Part shown: positions 38,612 to 53,598 of the stretch, in pieces | How the letters are laid out: each line of letters starts with the position of its first letter | Numbering within the stretch: position 1 is the stretch's first letter | Source of the DNA: Geosiphon pyriformis uo1 | Taxonomy: Eukaryota > Fungi > Glomeromycota | Direction of reading: 5' to 3' | Length of the DNA: 64,000 nucleotides | NCBI GenBank assembly: GCA_016748015.1 | Contig: JAAOMT010000134.1 | Coordinates: 750,757 to 814,756 of the forward strand | Program-made: the position numbers and the translations under genes | The notes under the pieces: model-generated | Told to the model about the DNA's origin: nothing | The model's database searches: none | What the model saw: the letters and a program-made list of their open reading frames with translations, nothing else

Positions 38612-41600
38612 TTAGATTTGTCTTATTCACAATAAACTGTCAGCATTTCCGTTGTTTTTTCCCTTTTTATAATGTATAGCATAATTGTATGGTGTGAGTG
38701 CCATTTTCTATCTTGACTGTCTTCTATCTCCAAATTCTTGTTTTTGGAGTAATGTTAATTCCTTGTGATCTGTGTATACTTCAAACTTCTGGCTCAAGTA
38801 TTCTTTCCATTTCATGACTGCCCAGTATATTGCTAAGTGTTCTTGTTCCGGTGTTCCATAGTTCTTTTCGGCTGGTGTTAAATCTTTGCTGGCATATGCT
38901 ACTAGATGTTCTCTGCTGTCTGGTCCTCTTTGAGATAATACTGCTCCCAATGCTTGGCCAGATGCATTGGTAGTAATGATGAATGATTTGTTGTGATCTG
39001 GGTAGATCAGTACTGGAGCTTGAATGAACTTTCTTTTGAGAATATCAAAAGCTTTTTGTTGACTTTTTGTCCATTCATATTTGGTATTTTTGGTTTGCAA
39101 ATTATTGAGTGGTTGAGCTATCTTTGAAAAGTTCTTTATAAAGCATTGATAATAGCTCATGAATTCCAAGAATGATTTCAATTCAGTCATATTGGTTGGT
39201 ACTGAAAAGTTCTTTACTATCTCTATTTTCTCTGGATCTATTTTAATGCCATCTTTGCTGACTATGTGTCCCAAGAATTTTAGCTCTGTCTTGCCAAAAA
39301 AACACTTTGTTGCATTTAATTTTAGTCCTGCTCTTCTTAGTCTTTTGAACACTTGTTGAAGATGATGAAGATGATCATCAAATGTTTTTGAGAATACGTT
39401 GGTATTGTCCAAGTATACAATTACTGATTTCCACAATAAGCCAGTATAGATGATTTTCATTAGCCATTGGAAAGTGACTAGTGCATTGGTTAAACCGAAT
39501 GGCATTACTTCAAATTCAAAATTCCCTTCTCTTATGGTGAATGCCATCTTCTCTTTGTTAGCTGGATCCATGGCTACTTGTCAGTAACCACTATCTAAGT
39601 CTAACATTGAGAACCATTTGTTTCTGCCAAAAGCATCGAATAATTCCTGGATTCGTGGAGTTGGGTAATTGTCTTCACAAGTAACTCCATTGAGCTTTCT
39701 ATAATCCACACAAAATCAGATCTTTCCATTCTTCTTATGGACAAGTACCACTGGTGATGACCATGGACTTATTGATGGCTAAATTAGCCCATTGTCAAGC
39801 ATTCGGTTTATCTCTTAACAAATAATCTCATGGTTGACTGGTGGCACTCTGTATGTTTTTTGTTTAATTGGCATTGTATCTCCAGTCTTGATCTGATGCT
39901 GAATAATGTTAGTTCAGCCAAACTCATTTTCACTGGCAAAGATGTCATTAAACTAGTTGAGCAACATCTTGAGTTACATATGTTGAAGTGGATCTAAGTT
40001 TCCCATGTTCATTTGTTCCAATTGTTCTGGTTAGAGCAAATAACATTTACTTCGTCTGTATATTGTTTGTGATGTGATATTGACATATCCACAAAGTTGT
40101 GGAAAGTCTGGAATGGAGTTCAGTGGTTGATCCTCTATTTCAGTGTTTAAGTATCCAATAATGGTTCCAGCTGGTATTTCTATGACATTTCCTGTATTGT
40201 TGTAAATGAAAATTTTGATGTGGCTGTAATCTTTGGTTGATATATAGAAATTGATGAGTTCAACTTCTCTTGATTTACAAAGACTGGCTTCTGCTTCAAA
40301 AATTTGTGCTTGGTTTTTTTCCTTTTTTTCTATTGCTAATATGTACTGGTTATATGATGAAATGGAAATAGCTTGACTGGTTGAGATAATTTCTTCTTGC
40401 CAACAATTTTTTCCTCCGTTATGTTAACTAGTACATCTATTCTACCCATTGATTCAAATCCCTGTATTCTTCTTACTGTTATTCCTAATTCCTCCCTCTT
40501 TCCCACTGATACTAACTGAGCTACTCTAACCAGAAGCAGGAATATTGCCTGTGCTATTTTTTCGTTGGGCTCTATTATATAGGCCTTTTCTGAGTCATTT
40601 TGTAGCATAGCAATGATATTTCCTACATATCCCATGTTAATTATTCCTCCTCTTATATTAATCTTTCTTTTTGCTAAACTACTCTTAAATGCTAATTGAA
40701 CCATGGTTGTTGCTGGAATTTTTAGTGCTACTTTCAGATCAATGCAAGTGCATGAATGTGGTTCTAATTTGATAGCCTCTTTTCCTGGATACTTCAGATC
40801 AAACCCTGCATTCGTATCATGCATACGTTCTGACATAATACATTCCCCATTGTCACTATACCATTTCAACTCTTGTTCTTTGGAGAGATCTAATAGTGCA
40901 ATGTATTGTTCATAGTTTAAATTGGGGTTTAAATCATCTTTGTTGTCATTGCCATTTTGAACAGAGCTGGAACTGGTGTTTTTGTTGTCATTGTCAGAGT
41001 CTGGATCACGATTGATCAGCGATTCTGATTCCAATGCACAGCTACTGATTGGTTTTTCTTCTTCAAGAATCGTGTAGATCATGCATGGTAGTGGATTGTA
41101 AATGAGATCACAATTGTCACAATATTCAAAGTCACTGGGAATTAAACAATAGTAACACAGTCTCATATTTAACTGTGCTAGCCATTGTTCTTGCTTTTCT
41201 CTAGTGGGTGGCAAGTTTTGGTAGTGTTTATAAAACTTTTCTGGTTCCAGAAAATTTATGACTGGCTCTGTATCCCAGTTAAGCTCGATGGGTTTTGGTG
41301 GGTTGTTTTTAATTGTCCTGATTTCTTTTGGCAATGTGCCTTCAATTTTGGTAATTGCCATCCGCCATAATTTATCGTCGTTGTGTGGACAATTGTCCAA
41401 TTGTTGTACAGCTTTTCTCCAGGCGGCTTCTATGGGTGTTCCTTTCTCGACCCAGTCGCTGATGAGGATTATGTATTGGCAGAACACATCGCACGTTTCT
41501 CCTCTCCCCAGAATATCATTCCACATTCCTTTGTTAAGGAGAGTTTCTCCACAGACTATACATGGTGTATTATCCTATTTTCCCATTTGTTTTGGTTTTC

Positions 41601-44600
41601 CAAAATGTTCGATATGGCATGCGTGGCAATAAAACTTGGTTGTCATCTGATATTCTTCATTGTTGCCACAGCATGCACCCATTGACAACAATTTTTTGCT
41701 GCAATCCACGCATATCAGTTTGGGTTGGCGATAGGTCAATGATTGTTGTTGACCGTAAGTGTATGGGATATAAGTGTTGTTGGCTTGAGTGTTTTCTTTC
41801 TCCTTTTCTTTTCCTTTTCTTCTTTCCACTTCCAATTCGATGGTTCTTCCTGTTTGTTGTCAGTCCAGGTCAAATCATCTGTTTTCCAGGTCAGTTTTTT
41901 TTTTTGCTTTTTCTTAGAGTTGTTATTCCACGAGAGTATTGGTGGTAGCTCGTTGTGGTTGGCGTTGGCCCAAGAGACTTGATAAGCTTCCCAGGTAGGT
42001 TTCTCTTTCTTTTCCTCCAGTTTGATCAATAGTTTCTCTTTTGGAGAAGTCTTAAAATGGCCACATGTGGCCAGTATATGTATGTATTGGCCCTAATATG
42101 TTAGTTGGAGTTCCTGAGTGTTCCAGTCTAACGTTGCGTTGACTTTGGATAGCCAGTCATTACCAACGAGAGCTTGGTATTGAGTGACTTCTATCACTAG
42201 AACTTTAATGGGAGTCACAATGCCATTGACTTCGAAAGGGAAGTCATTAATTTTGCCGATTGGAGTTTTGGTTGCTCCATCGGCTGTGATGATTCTGGTG
42301 CTGGCAGTTTGATTAACTCGGTGACCTAATTGATCCATGAGTTGTCGTGTGATGATGCTGTCTGCTGAACTGCTGTTAAGAATTAATTTGATGGATTGTC
42401 CCTCGACTTTGGCATCAGTGTACATCACAGTGATTGGTTTGGCTTCAAGAGTGACTTCACTAAATAATGGCGTTGTAGTTGTTTCCTCAAATTTGAATGA
42501 GAATATAGAAGCCAAAGACTTGTCTTCAGTGATAGTAGCAGGTGAGATATTACTGGTAAGTGGTTGGTTTTGAACGAATGCCAGGTTATTAGTTGAGGCG
42601 TCTTCTGGGGTAACCAAGAGACTTAAATAGTTCTGGAAATTCAGGTTCTGGAGTTGACCAGCACCCAAATTCCACTGGCGTAATCCAGATGATTGCTGTA
42701 AAGAACTGGGAATTGGTTAATAGACTACTATCGCCGATCTCCAGCTCTGTTGAGTCATTCTCGGTCTTTGGATTCCGTTGGGTGGTAAGCTTTGGGGTGG
42801 TGTTTGGATTTGTTGAGGTTGATAGATTATTTGTGGCTGCAGTTGTTGATAAATTACTTGTGGCTGTGGTTGATAGATTGGAGCTTAATACACTGGAGAT
42901 TGATAAACTGATGACTGCGTCACTGGTAGGTAAGCGGGTTGGTTTTGATTTGGGTACTGATTCAGAGTTTGGAACTGGTGATCAGGGTTTTGATATTAAT
43001 TTCCCAATCATTGGTTATTTAAACGCTGACAACAGTCAATTTGAATATGTCCTTGTTTACCACAATAGTGGCAGATACGCATTTCCTGTTGCCACTGTTG
43101 ATTGGTCGATAAAGATAGACATGGTTGATTTTGGGCACAATTAGAGTGTCCTTGATTATTGCGTCATTGTGGAGGCTGATAAATGGCGTGATTATTAGCT
43201 AAGTATCCTTCCAATTTCTTATTAATTGATTTACTGAACTTTTCTAATTTGGAATCCAATTCAGATGATCCATTTATTACTAAATTAATGGCTTGGGTGT
43301 GATTGGTCTCTGACTCAGTGGATTCAAAATTTCTGGTGCATGTGACTGTGTCTTAAAGGGTGTCTGGATGTAACGGATGTATATGTTGCAAGATGTTGCT
43401 GCACAGACCATGGATAAACTGGTTGAGTATCTGTAGGACTGTAAAATAGTTGGTGTCAATTGCTTGAATTTGGTGCAAGTTTTGATGGAAGCATTCCAGG
43501 TAAGTGGTGACTGCTTCAGTTTCTCCTTGTTTCATGGTGGTGAATATATTAACTAGGCAATTGATACTGTTATTGTTGCTAAAGTATCTTAGGAATTCCA
43601 CTTTGAAGGCATTGAAATCTTGTGGTTTATTAACCAAGCTCTGATATTATGAATTGGCGGTATCCTTGAGAAAGTAGGGAATGGCTTGTATTGCTCAGGC
43701 ATTATTCCATCCGTTGGCTGCAATGGTCTTTTCTATATCATTCAGCCATACTTGGGCATTATTTTCTTTGCCAGTAAAGTTGTCAAGTTTTGCAATTGGT
43801 GCATAGGCCATTGGATCTAAGTTAGGTGGTTGTGGTGGCTGTTAAAGCAGTTGTTGTTGTACTGGTTGTTGGGGTGATAGTTGAAGTGATTTTTGTATGG
43901 GTTTGGCTATGTGATTAATCAGTGGTTGATCAATAACAATTACTGGAGGTAAGTTTTGCTGATTAATTAATTCAGGGTTTGGATTGTTTTGCTTTTGATA
44001 ATTCAGAGTTTTGATTTTCGAATTTTCTAGATTTAGATTTTGCTGAGTTTGAAAATTTGGGGTTTCAACTTCTGGGTTTTCAGTGATCAGGTGCTGGTAA
44101 GTGAATTTTTGATCCTCTGATTCTTCTTTCTCTTTTTCTGATTCTGCTACTTCTCATGGATCAAAAATTCTGAAATCTGGTAAAGGCAGTAGTGATCAAA
44201 GTCCTGATAGAGTTGATAATCGTGAATTAAATCCCTCAAAGTATTTACCATATGGTCCTAATAATTCTGTTTTCCTTTGTCTACTTTGGAATGGGAATTA
44301 TCCAAATGCTGATGTCACAGTTGATGGGAATGCATCTGTTGATGATATGTTGATGGCGTTTCCAGGTGTATAGTGATAGGATGGGTTGCTTGGGGATTCA
44401 ATTCTGTTTTTCTTCCAAGTAGGTGGCTGTATTTTTCTGGGTGTTACTGCTGGTGTTTGTAGTTTTCCCTTGCCTTTACTAGCATATGTAATTGAATATC
44501 TTTGTTGAATGTGGTGTTCAATTTCTTTGTTGATCTCAGTGATGATGGATGCAAAATTATGATTTGTTGGCAGGTTGGTGTTTTGAATTAACTTCCTATA

Positions 44601-44792
44601 GAAAGTTTCTCTTGCTGATTCAGTATTTACTGGTGTTCCTAATAAAGAGGAAATTTTTTCATTAACGTAGAAATTGAAGGCTGATTCGGTGGATATATGA
44701 TTGTGGTTTAATCCCAAGTATTAACAATAGTGTTGAAATAAAAATTTTGCAATTTCTAAATGGTTTGCTCCTATATTTTCTGATTCTGCCAC
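38612..44792 (-). pseudogene. Copy C gag-protease-Cys-rich-dUTPase-RT-RNase H
   Basis: VMPFGLTNA, YLDN(D), NAGFDL/GGIINMGYVG, LILNSSSA; ends RQI-TAA at 38612-38614. Confidence 0.88.
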
Positions 44793-47123
44793 TTTTGGAT
44801 GGTGTTTGTTGGTGCTGGTTCTCTGTAAGATTATACCTCACAGGAAGCACCAAATGTTACAGGTGATTATTTCTGCTGTTGAATTAAATAACAAACTTGT
44901 AACTTGGTACTCAAAAGCTACTTCTGTGAATAAGGTTCTGCAAGTATTGTATCTGAAGGTTTTGGTGGAGTCCTTTGTATAATAGACAGAGATTCAATAG
45001 TGTCGATAGTAGATGTATCTTTCCAAGAGTTTTTCCAATTTCTTTCTCAGTGTAGTGGCCAGATTTAGTCTGGTAGTCATGCCTTTCTGGTAAGCTATCC
45101 AATAATATATAAAATCTTACCCTTATTTCTGGGTCTTTTACCAGGTTATCCTTAACGTTAATAACTCAGTGCTTAATCTTTTAATCAATTAGTATACAAC
45201 AACAAAATCAAAAAAAGAAAGAAAATAAAATAAAGAAAATAGAAAAAATAAGCCAAGACAATTTGGTACATTAGTATTTCGTCAATAGCCATGATCAAGA
45301 GCTATTGTTCCAGCATGGTCAAGTATCAATTACTATCAACATAAAGTGTTGATAGTGAAGAGTGAGTTGAGATATGAAATAATTATTTATTTGATGATTG
45401 GGAACTGAAATGTTGCTTAGATTAAATCTAAACTGATAGGTCTGTCTTTTTAACTTCTAATCCTGCTGCTATATATACATAATTGAGATTCCTCAATTCC
45501 TTAATTCTTCACGACAGGAATCCTGGAATTTTTGGAATTCTGTGATTCTTTTGAGAGAAATCCTGGAATTCTAGAATTCTGCAATTCCTCATTAGGGAAT
45601 CCTGAAATTCCACATTTACTATGTCTACCTTTGATTGGCTAATATCTACTGGCTAATAATACTATATTTCCTATATTCTATGAGTAACAATGTATTAGTT
45701 TTTTATATACTGTTCTGGTTAATCAATTTAATATGTTTGTTTCAATAATTATAATTGGTTCTAGATCTTGTAAAATTTTATTTGATTTGACTAGTATTTA
45801 TTGTATTTCCAATTGTAAAATATTATTGGTAGATGATAATACTATATTGTAATATAATTTTAGTTAATTACTATATGTTGCTTTAACTAAAATTTTATTG
45901 TTTTATTTTAACTTATATGCTCTATTTTCTAGAATTTTTTAATGTAAAATAGATTATTTTATTTGAAATCAAATTTTCTACTTTATTGTTTTTTTATTTT
46001 GGAATAATATAAAAATACTTTGTCCTCAATTTTGAATTTAACTGGTTTATTTGATAACTGATTGTTGTGTTATTTCTTTGTTTTGCTTGTAATTTTTGTA
46101 TAATATCTTGCTTTATTGTCTAATAAGCAAATAATATTGATGATATAAACAAATCTTATTTATTCTGGTTTTTTTGGCTAATCTTGATTATTGTTTTATA
46201 TAGTATTCTATTAAATTTTTCAACTAAGTCATTGGTTTGTAGATAATATAGAGAAAATAATGGTTATTTGATTTTAAATCTCTGACTTAATTTTGTTAAT
46301 ATTTTGTTAATATTCTGTTTATAAAGTAAGTTTCTTGGTCTAATAACAATTTTTTTAAATATTTGTGTTGACAAATCAAATTTTGATATATAAATTTGAT
46401 AATAGATTCTGTATCTGCTTTTTAAATTGTTTTAGCTTTTGGCTATTTTGTAAGATAGTTTATAGCTATTGCTATATATTAGTTGTGTTTACTAATTATT
46501 ATTAATGGTTTGATTAAGTCAATTCCAATTTGATCAAATAGTTGTCCTATTTTAATTGGTCTTAGTAGTTTATTGAATCTTATTTCTTCTCTTTTCTAAT
46601 AAGCATTACAACTTTGAATATATTGAATAATGTCTAAATATATTAATGGCTAATAGTATTTTTTTCTGGTCTTTTCTATGATTGCTTTTTTATAAAAATG
46701 TCTTGTAATTAGATTTGAGTATATGTTAAACAATATTGTTTCTTTTTTTGGTTTTGTGATTACTCTAAGTGGCTGGTCTAAATCTTTTTTGTTTTTTTAA
46801 TATAGTATATTTTGATAAGTAATAAAATATTTTAATTGTTGTTTTATGTTGTTTTGTTTTTTTTGAGATAATTTTTTCTTAAACTATTGAATATCAATAT
46901 AATATTAAAGTTGTTAATATTTTTGTGTATTCATCTTTTGTTCTATTTTTGAGTTGAAATATTTTTAGATTTGTCTTATTTATAATAATTTTTTTTATTT
47001 TTTTATTTTAACAAGTGAGGTCCAAACGTAACTTAGTGCTATACATCATACAAATGATCTAAACTAGGTGCGAATCATGCGTTTTCTACACATGACCAGC
47101 CACTCGAGCCAGTCAGAACTACA

Positions 47124-50100
47124 CTATACACTTATATGCACAGAAACTGAATCTCCAATACCTGAAAAAAATAGACAAAACTTACGAAACCCAAAACCAA
47201 CTCCAAAAGCCTCAGCCATCTCCAGCAATCTGACCACACCAGCCGAAAACACCATAGGCAAACCAGAAACTGAAACAGGAGCAGAGCCATCATGTGGAAT
47301 TAAACCATGCTTTTCCATAAACACTCAGTGTCTGGCCCAGACCAACCAAACATCATTCCAAAATGCTAGACAAAACTCACGCACAAAGCTCACAATCCTC
47401 TTAGCACCCTTCTTAGAATCTTTAAAGACCAAAACAGACTCATGAAACCATTCATCGAAAACAAAGTCCTTATACAGAGCAACACCAACTCCAACCTCAG
47501 AAACACAAGAAGCCAAGGCCTGTAAGACACATGAAGAAGAGTGAGAAAGACCAGAAAGAGCCTCCCAAGCTGAAGCATGTGCCCAACAAACGAGCACGGC
47601 CAACGGCATCCTGAGGACATGAAAAGACATGATCCGAGGTCTCAACATCACCACAAAACAGACAGACCACACTGGGGTATCTCCTATCATATAAACACTT
47701 GTGCACAGCAACAAGAAGCCGATGATAGAGAGCCTTCATAAAGTAAGTATGACAGCCTGCTGTGCGCATGCTGGTAAAACTGGATGCCAAGTGGGAATCA
47801 GGGTGCCACACTATAGAAGACTTAGACCAATTAATATCAGCACGCAAACTATCATCCACAACACGAGAACCCACTCCAATCTCCCAACGAGCTCGATGAA
47901 CTGACTGGAAAACATCATGAACAAAGTGTCTAGAATTACCAAAAACTGCCGTACCACCAGCACATAGAAAATGTTCACTGACTAAATAAGGTAGGCGCCA
48001 AGCAGAGAGAGCAGCACCTTTGGCAAACGCATCCACATGCTCGTTGCCTGAGACATCTGAATGACCTTTTACCTTAACCCAATTCACATCCAGATTCTTT
48101 TGACGAATGACAATGGCAATGTGACGACACTCAATCCAACAGCAGTTCCTGAAATCCGGATGAACCAGCGAAGACTCTGACCTACATGCATCTAAAGCAG
48201 CCTGGCTATCTGAGAACAAGTCAATTGAACGAGAAAAAAGAATACACTCAAGGGCCAAAGCTATGGCTTGTAGTTCTGTCAGAGTAGAAAAAACCAAACC
48301 AGACACCCCAACACCCAAATCCAAGTTAATGTTCTCAAAAAAAATGGCAGTACCTGCTCTCATGTCAATAGTGCCCAGACCAGAAAGAGATCCATCTGTA
48401 TACACAGAAAGACGGGCAGCATCAATGGTCAGCAAAGTGTCACGAATCACACCAAAATCACGAGAAAGACGAATATCAGACACAGCATAACCATCCACCA
48501 AAGAAGAACTTGAGGAGAGAGGCGCAACGCTACCAAGAAAGCGAACAGAAAAATTAAACCAGAAAAGGACTGGGCCACAAGGGTCCAGCCTCTTTTAATG
48601 CTTGAAGGTCCCTCAACTGAAAACATCACCATTACGGTCACGAAGCTGTTCCACGAAAGCAATTCCATAACACCTGAGCGAAGAGATACACTTGAAAAAA
48701 CAGGATTTACCAAGAACCAAAGACATAGAAGTACCACACCGCCGACAAAAAGCACAAGCTAGAGGGCCTTCCAAAGACAAATCACACCCAGAAAAAATGT
48801 GAACCACACCTGCCAAAAAATTATCCGAGGGACTGATACCAACACGAGCCGGAAACAGCAAGAGATGACAAAGACGCCAGCTGAGAACCTGGAGGTCATG
48901 AGACCTATAAGAAAACATGCGACTCAAGACATCAGTAAAATTTGCAAAAGCAACAACGGAGGCCGATTTACTCTCAGCCTGGATCTGTTCGAAAGTTTTT
49001 AAATTGTACAAAGAGGGGTGATGAAGTGCATCACTGGGAAAATCATGTGGCAATCCAGACTTGGACTTTATGACCTTGCATATTAAAGCATTCCATTTAT
49101 TACAAACACCAACAGAAACGAAACTGAACTGAGTCCTATAGCTGATAATAGGGAAAAGAACTGCAGACACCAAATATGCACACTGTTTGTCCGAAATTGC
49201 CTTTCTCAAAACAAGATTCACAAGAAACCATACATCAGCCTAAGCTTTAGCCAAGCTAAGCTTCGAAAGACCCTCAGAAGACAAAAAAATACCCAAATAG
49301 TGATGAGATTCCCCTCTCTTGGCAATAGAAATAGGCACACCACTGATAGTTAAATAAGGATCCAGCACTCAGCAATTGATGGAGATGGCCACCGTTTTGT
49401 CATTGTTTACAGAAATATTGTTAAACCTAAAAAACTCACTAGCAACATCAAGGATGTGTTGTGTAGCAGTCTGGCTGCTACCAACCCAAATAGTATCATT
49501 GACAAAAGTGCCAGCAGCAAGAAACAAAGACAGCCCAGCTTGAGGATCCACCCGGCCGGTTCTTGATATGAAATTAGAATTCAACCTGTAGCCATACACA
49601 CTATTCTGTCTCTTGACCTCACACAAAAGTGAATCATAAAAAATATGCCAGAGAAGAGGTGAGAAGACTTCTCCCTGATTCAGCCCATCATGGACACAAT
49701 ACCCATTAGTCAAGCCAAAGTCAGTCATCACTCTGTTGATGCAACCATTGTGAATACTGCCAAAAAATCTAATAAACCTGTCACACATTTTGATCCTGAC
49801 TAGACTCCTCTTAAGATGTTCCCAACCCACCAAGTCATAAGCCTTGCGCATGTTCTGTAAAACCAGCCAAAGTTCACGGTTCTTCTCCAAGGCATCCTCA
49901 ACCACAGAACTGATAGCAAAAATGGGAGACTGCATCGTCGTACCCTTCAAAACCGAAAAATTGTTCCCACAAAGAACATCAAAAGTGCTGCAAGCCAGAG
50001 AGATCCTATCTGAAAGGATCTTGGAGAGAATTTTGTGGGCCATTTCAATTAAAGCTATAGGATGGGTGTTTGTGAGGACACCCTCCCATTCATATGGTTT

Positions 50101-51808
50101 AAGAATCATCGAAACCCAAGCTTCTCTCCAAGCCCAGGGACCAACTCGCCAACCAAACAGAAATTCAAGAGCATCAAAAGCATATCCAAAACAGATTTGT
50201 CACAATGTTTCCATAATTCGTTGGAGATACCAGAAAGACCAGCCGCTTTTCCATCAAAAAGATCCTTAACAACAGCTGACAACTCATCAAAACTAATCGA
50301 ACACATGACATCTGAGAAAGCACCATTGAACATGTAATCCAGAGGCCGATATTGACAAGCCCAATCCTCAGACAAGTCAGACACCACCTCACATTTTCTG
50401 GTCCATTCCTCCATAATTTCATCCACCTTAGACTTAACCAACACAGGCTCTAAAATCAACTCATCTTCTACAACCAAATGATCCAGGACCACCTTGTAAA
50501 AAAGACGCTCCAACACACTCCTAATGGTGTGACCCTTGTTCAGCTCAAAACTCTCCATCCTCCTATCAATAGCCAGCTTGATCGAGGATTCCTTAGCACG
50601 CTTGGATTCCACTAATTTGAAGGAGCGGTATGATTTTTTTGCTTTGGCCAGTGCAGAACAAATAAGATTAAAATTAGAACCTGAAAGAAATAGAGACTTA
50701 ACTGCCGATGCACCAGGGGAGTTGAGTCTGTGCCACACCTCCAACAAAGAAGCAAAACCATCACTAGAAGCCAAACGTGAAGCCTTGACCAACTTAGAAA
50801 CCAGCAGCTCCAGCTTGTGAAACCTAGAAGAAGTCTTGGTAAACATGCCATCAAAACCTTTAAACCATTTTTTTTAAATGTACCACCCACTAAAAGAACC
50901 ATAATCTTGCAAATAATGTCCCACATTTTGTCCACGTCAGAAAATCTTACTGCCACACCAAAAGCATCCGAGAACATAGAGACATTAGCAGCTGAGACAT
51001 CCCTGAACTCCAACCACTTAGCTTTACTGGCACTATTGACGTCAAACTTCCAACGGTCTTTATTTGCTTGCTTGCGAAAAGAATTCAAATGTGCATTCAA
51101 GAGCCCACCCAAACCCAAATCCACTGAAACAGCTTAATGGTCTGTGTCAAAATGCTCACTGACATTCAAAACTTCATGACGCACTATCGCATTAACAAGA
51201 CCCGAGGAGACAAACACGTAATCAATTGTTTTCTTAACACCCCTAAAATTTTCCCAAGTGGGTATTTTTGCAGCCGGACTACCAACTAAAGAATTGACCA
51301 GACCCAAATCAAAGCATCTTTTGAAACTCGCATTTTTATGAGAGCCGTCTTTATTGAAATCGCCACCGAGAATGATGAAAGAAGATTCGTTGACAGCTTT
51401 TGCAATGAGAAAATTGATTTCACCAGTCTGAGAGAACTGAACCACTGAAGAAGCACCAGCATAAAGCCCCAAAATTGACACAGAAAGTTTGCCCTTGAAA
51501 GGTAATTTAATGAAAAGGAGCCAACCAGGCACCTTAGAAATCTTGTACACATGACGAGCTAAAAAAACGTCCATGATAACAGCAACACCCGCACCCAGGT
51601 GACCAGAGTTCAAACCAGAAGTGAACACTCGGACACCATTGAACTTGTCTGCAATCCACGGACAAACCCTACTTCTTAATTTTGTTTCAATAACGATAGA
51701 GACCAAATTGTTTATTTCCTTATGCCACCTAATAATGTCCTCTTGCTTAGCAGAATTGTTCATGCCCCTGACGTTGCACGTAGCAACTTTCCAGACTAAA
51801 CTGCTTAT
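47124..51808 (-). pseudogene. LINE-2 ORF2 (APE, RT, RNase H, CCHC)
   Basis: ATCNVRG, IETKL, ILGGDFN, IDYVFVS, TDH (APE); GLNQGEVFSPLL and FVND (RT); VYTDGS, TELQAI, SDSQ, WVKVKGH..GNEHVD (RNase H); CLFCGDVETSDHVFSC. Confidence 0.9.
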
Positions 51809-53598
51809 TGGGTGAGAGGTAGAGACACCAAAAGTGCACCTATACTATCCACTTTGGCCGAAAGGCCCAGGACCATCTCCATTAGACACTTCATGCTGTC
51901 TTCCAGCTTAGACACTAAAGACACATCAAAAGACACCGCTCCCGTGACATTCCCACTACTAGTGGACACACCTGAACCCTCACTCATCACTACATCTGCC
52001 CCTTGATCCTGTGATAAAGGAATCACTAATGGCTAACATCCAGAGTTAGGCTGGGGAACTGTTGGCCCAAGTACATCCAACCTCTTAGCCAGCTTACCAA
52101 CTTGCTCCATAAGGCTGGCGAGATTGCGCTCAAGAGTGGTGAACCTATCGTTGACTTCCATCGCTACCTGTAGGGACGGCTTCATCTCCGAAGAGGAGCC
52201 ATTATTCACCACAACGTTCTAACCAGAGAGAGGGGGCGAAGAACACCCGCGAGCAACCTTTGCTCAAGAGAGACCACCAAAAAAGACCGGATGGGCAACT
52301 GGAGCCAAGCGTTTGGCATAGATGGTTGCTAGCCTGCTTTTATCTGTATCCAAGAAAACTCTACGCAGCAAACTACCAGAAAATAATTTCCCACCAACTG
52401 CACAACCCAATGACGTGTGACCCAATTTTTCACACTTGGTGCATTTAGCAGAAATGAGGCAAGACCAGCGGAGATTAGTGTTCCTGAGTACTGGCATGGT
52501 TCTTACAGCAGCATCCAATGATTCAGCAGAGTCGAAACAAACAATAGCATACCTGGTCCGAGCATATGTAACAGAATGACAATCAATGACGCAAGTTTTC
52601 TCATTCACAGATCTAACAAAGTCCCAGATATCATGAGCGGTGGTCCTCATTGGCAATGTGTAGAGCAGTGCCCTATGTTGGTCCTTTATATTCTATGCTT
52701 CCTTGTCTGAATCAGCCCTAGCCACACGTACAGCATCTTTCCCGATTAATATAGACCACTCAGCTGCAGCCAAATCAGCTTGATCCAATCATTTGAATTC
52801 CACCATTGCCTTCTGTCACAGCCCGATCAACTGCATCTTGATCGCCTTAATAACTCCAAACTCGGATAGCACAGTGCACACAGCCTCAGCCGATGTTTTA
52901 ACTGGAATTTCTTTCACGACCACAGCCCGATCTGATTGCCCAGATGATCTCTTAAGATTGGTGTTTACTATGATATTCGCACCAGTAGCCTTTTCAGTGG
53001 CCTTCTTTAGACCTGATTCGGAAGTGAATATTGCTCTGATGATTCCTGAGAATTTTGAGGGGGTAGACGCCCTCCCAAAACCATTAATTCCAGAAAATAA
53101 ACTCCTAATCTTCTTGAGCTTCTTCTGGGCCGAATTTCCTTCTACTGCTTTTAGATCCAAATCCAAAGCAAATGACTTCCTAACCAAAACATTGACCAGG
53201 TTCTTAAGAGGAGGGGAAAGCACCAGAGGGGCATCCAGAAGAACATCATCATTATCATTGTCATTCAGGAAGTCGATCTTTCCCAAAGGTTTTCCCAATG
53301 CTTTTCTAGTTGTCAACCGCGAACCTTTCGGTGTTTGATCTAAATCTCCACCAATGAGCGCACTACCTTTACCATAATCGAAACTTGTCTCCTCAACAAA
53401 ACATTCCTTTTCCATATCAACACTATCAGATTTTGTGGTATCACCAGTCTCCGAACTCCACGAACGACCACTATGCACCCTAGCAGAACCCTCTTCAGCA
53501 TCAGCATTGTCCTCAAAAACACCACCTCTTCTCTTTTTTCTTGACAGAACAGCCTTGAAACCACCCTCAGAGCCAGAACTTTTAACTGTTTGTTTCAT
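51805..53598 (-). pseudogene. LINE-2 ORF1
   Basis: RRM-like segments (AVVVKEIP, YAIVCFDS) and CTKCEKLGHTSLGC knuckle; stop at 51805. Confidence 0.8.

Larger units (their letters stand above)
35616..45689 (-). mobile_element. Ty3/gypsy LTR retrotransposon copy C, structurally complete
   Basis: LTRs 35616-36464 and 44855-45689; perfect TSD ATGT (35612-35615, 45690-45693); PBS 44836-44852; PPT 36465-36480. Confidence 0.93.
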
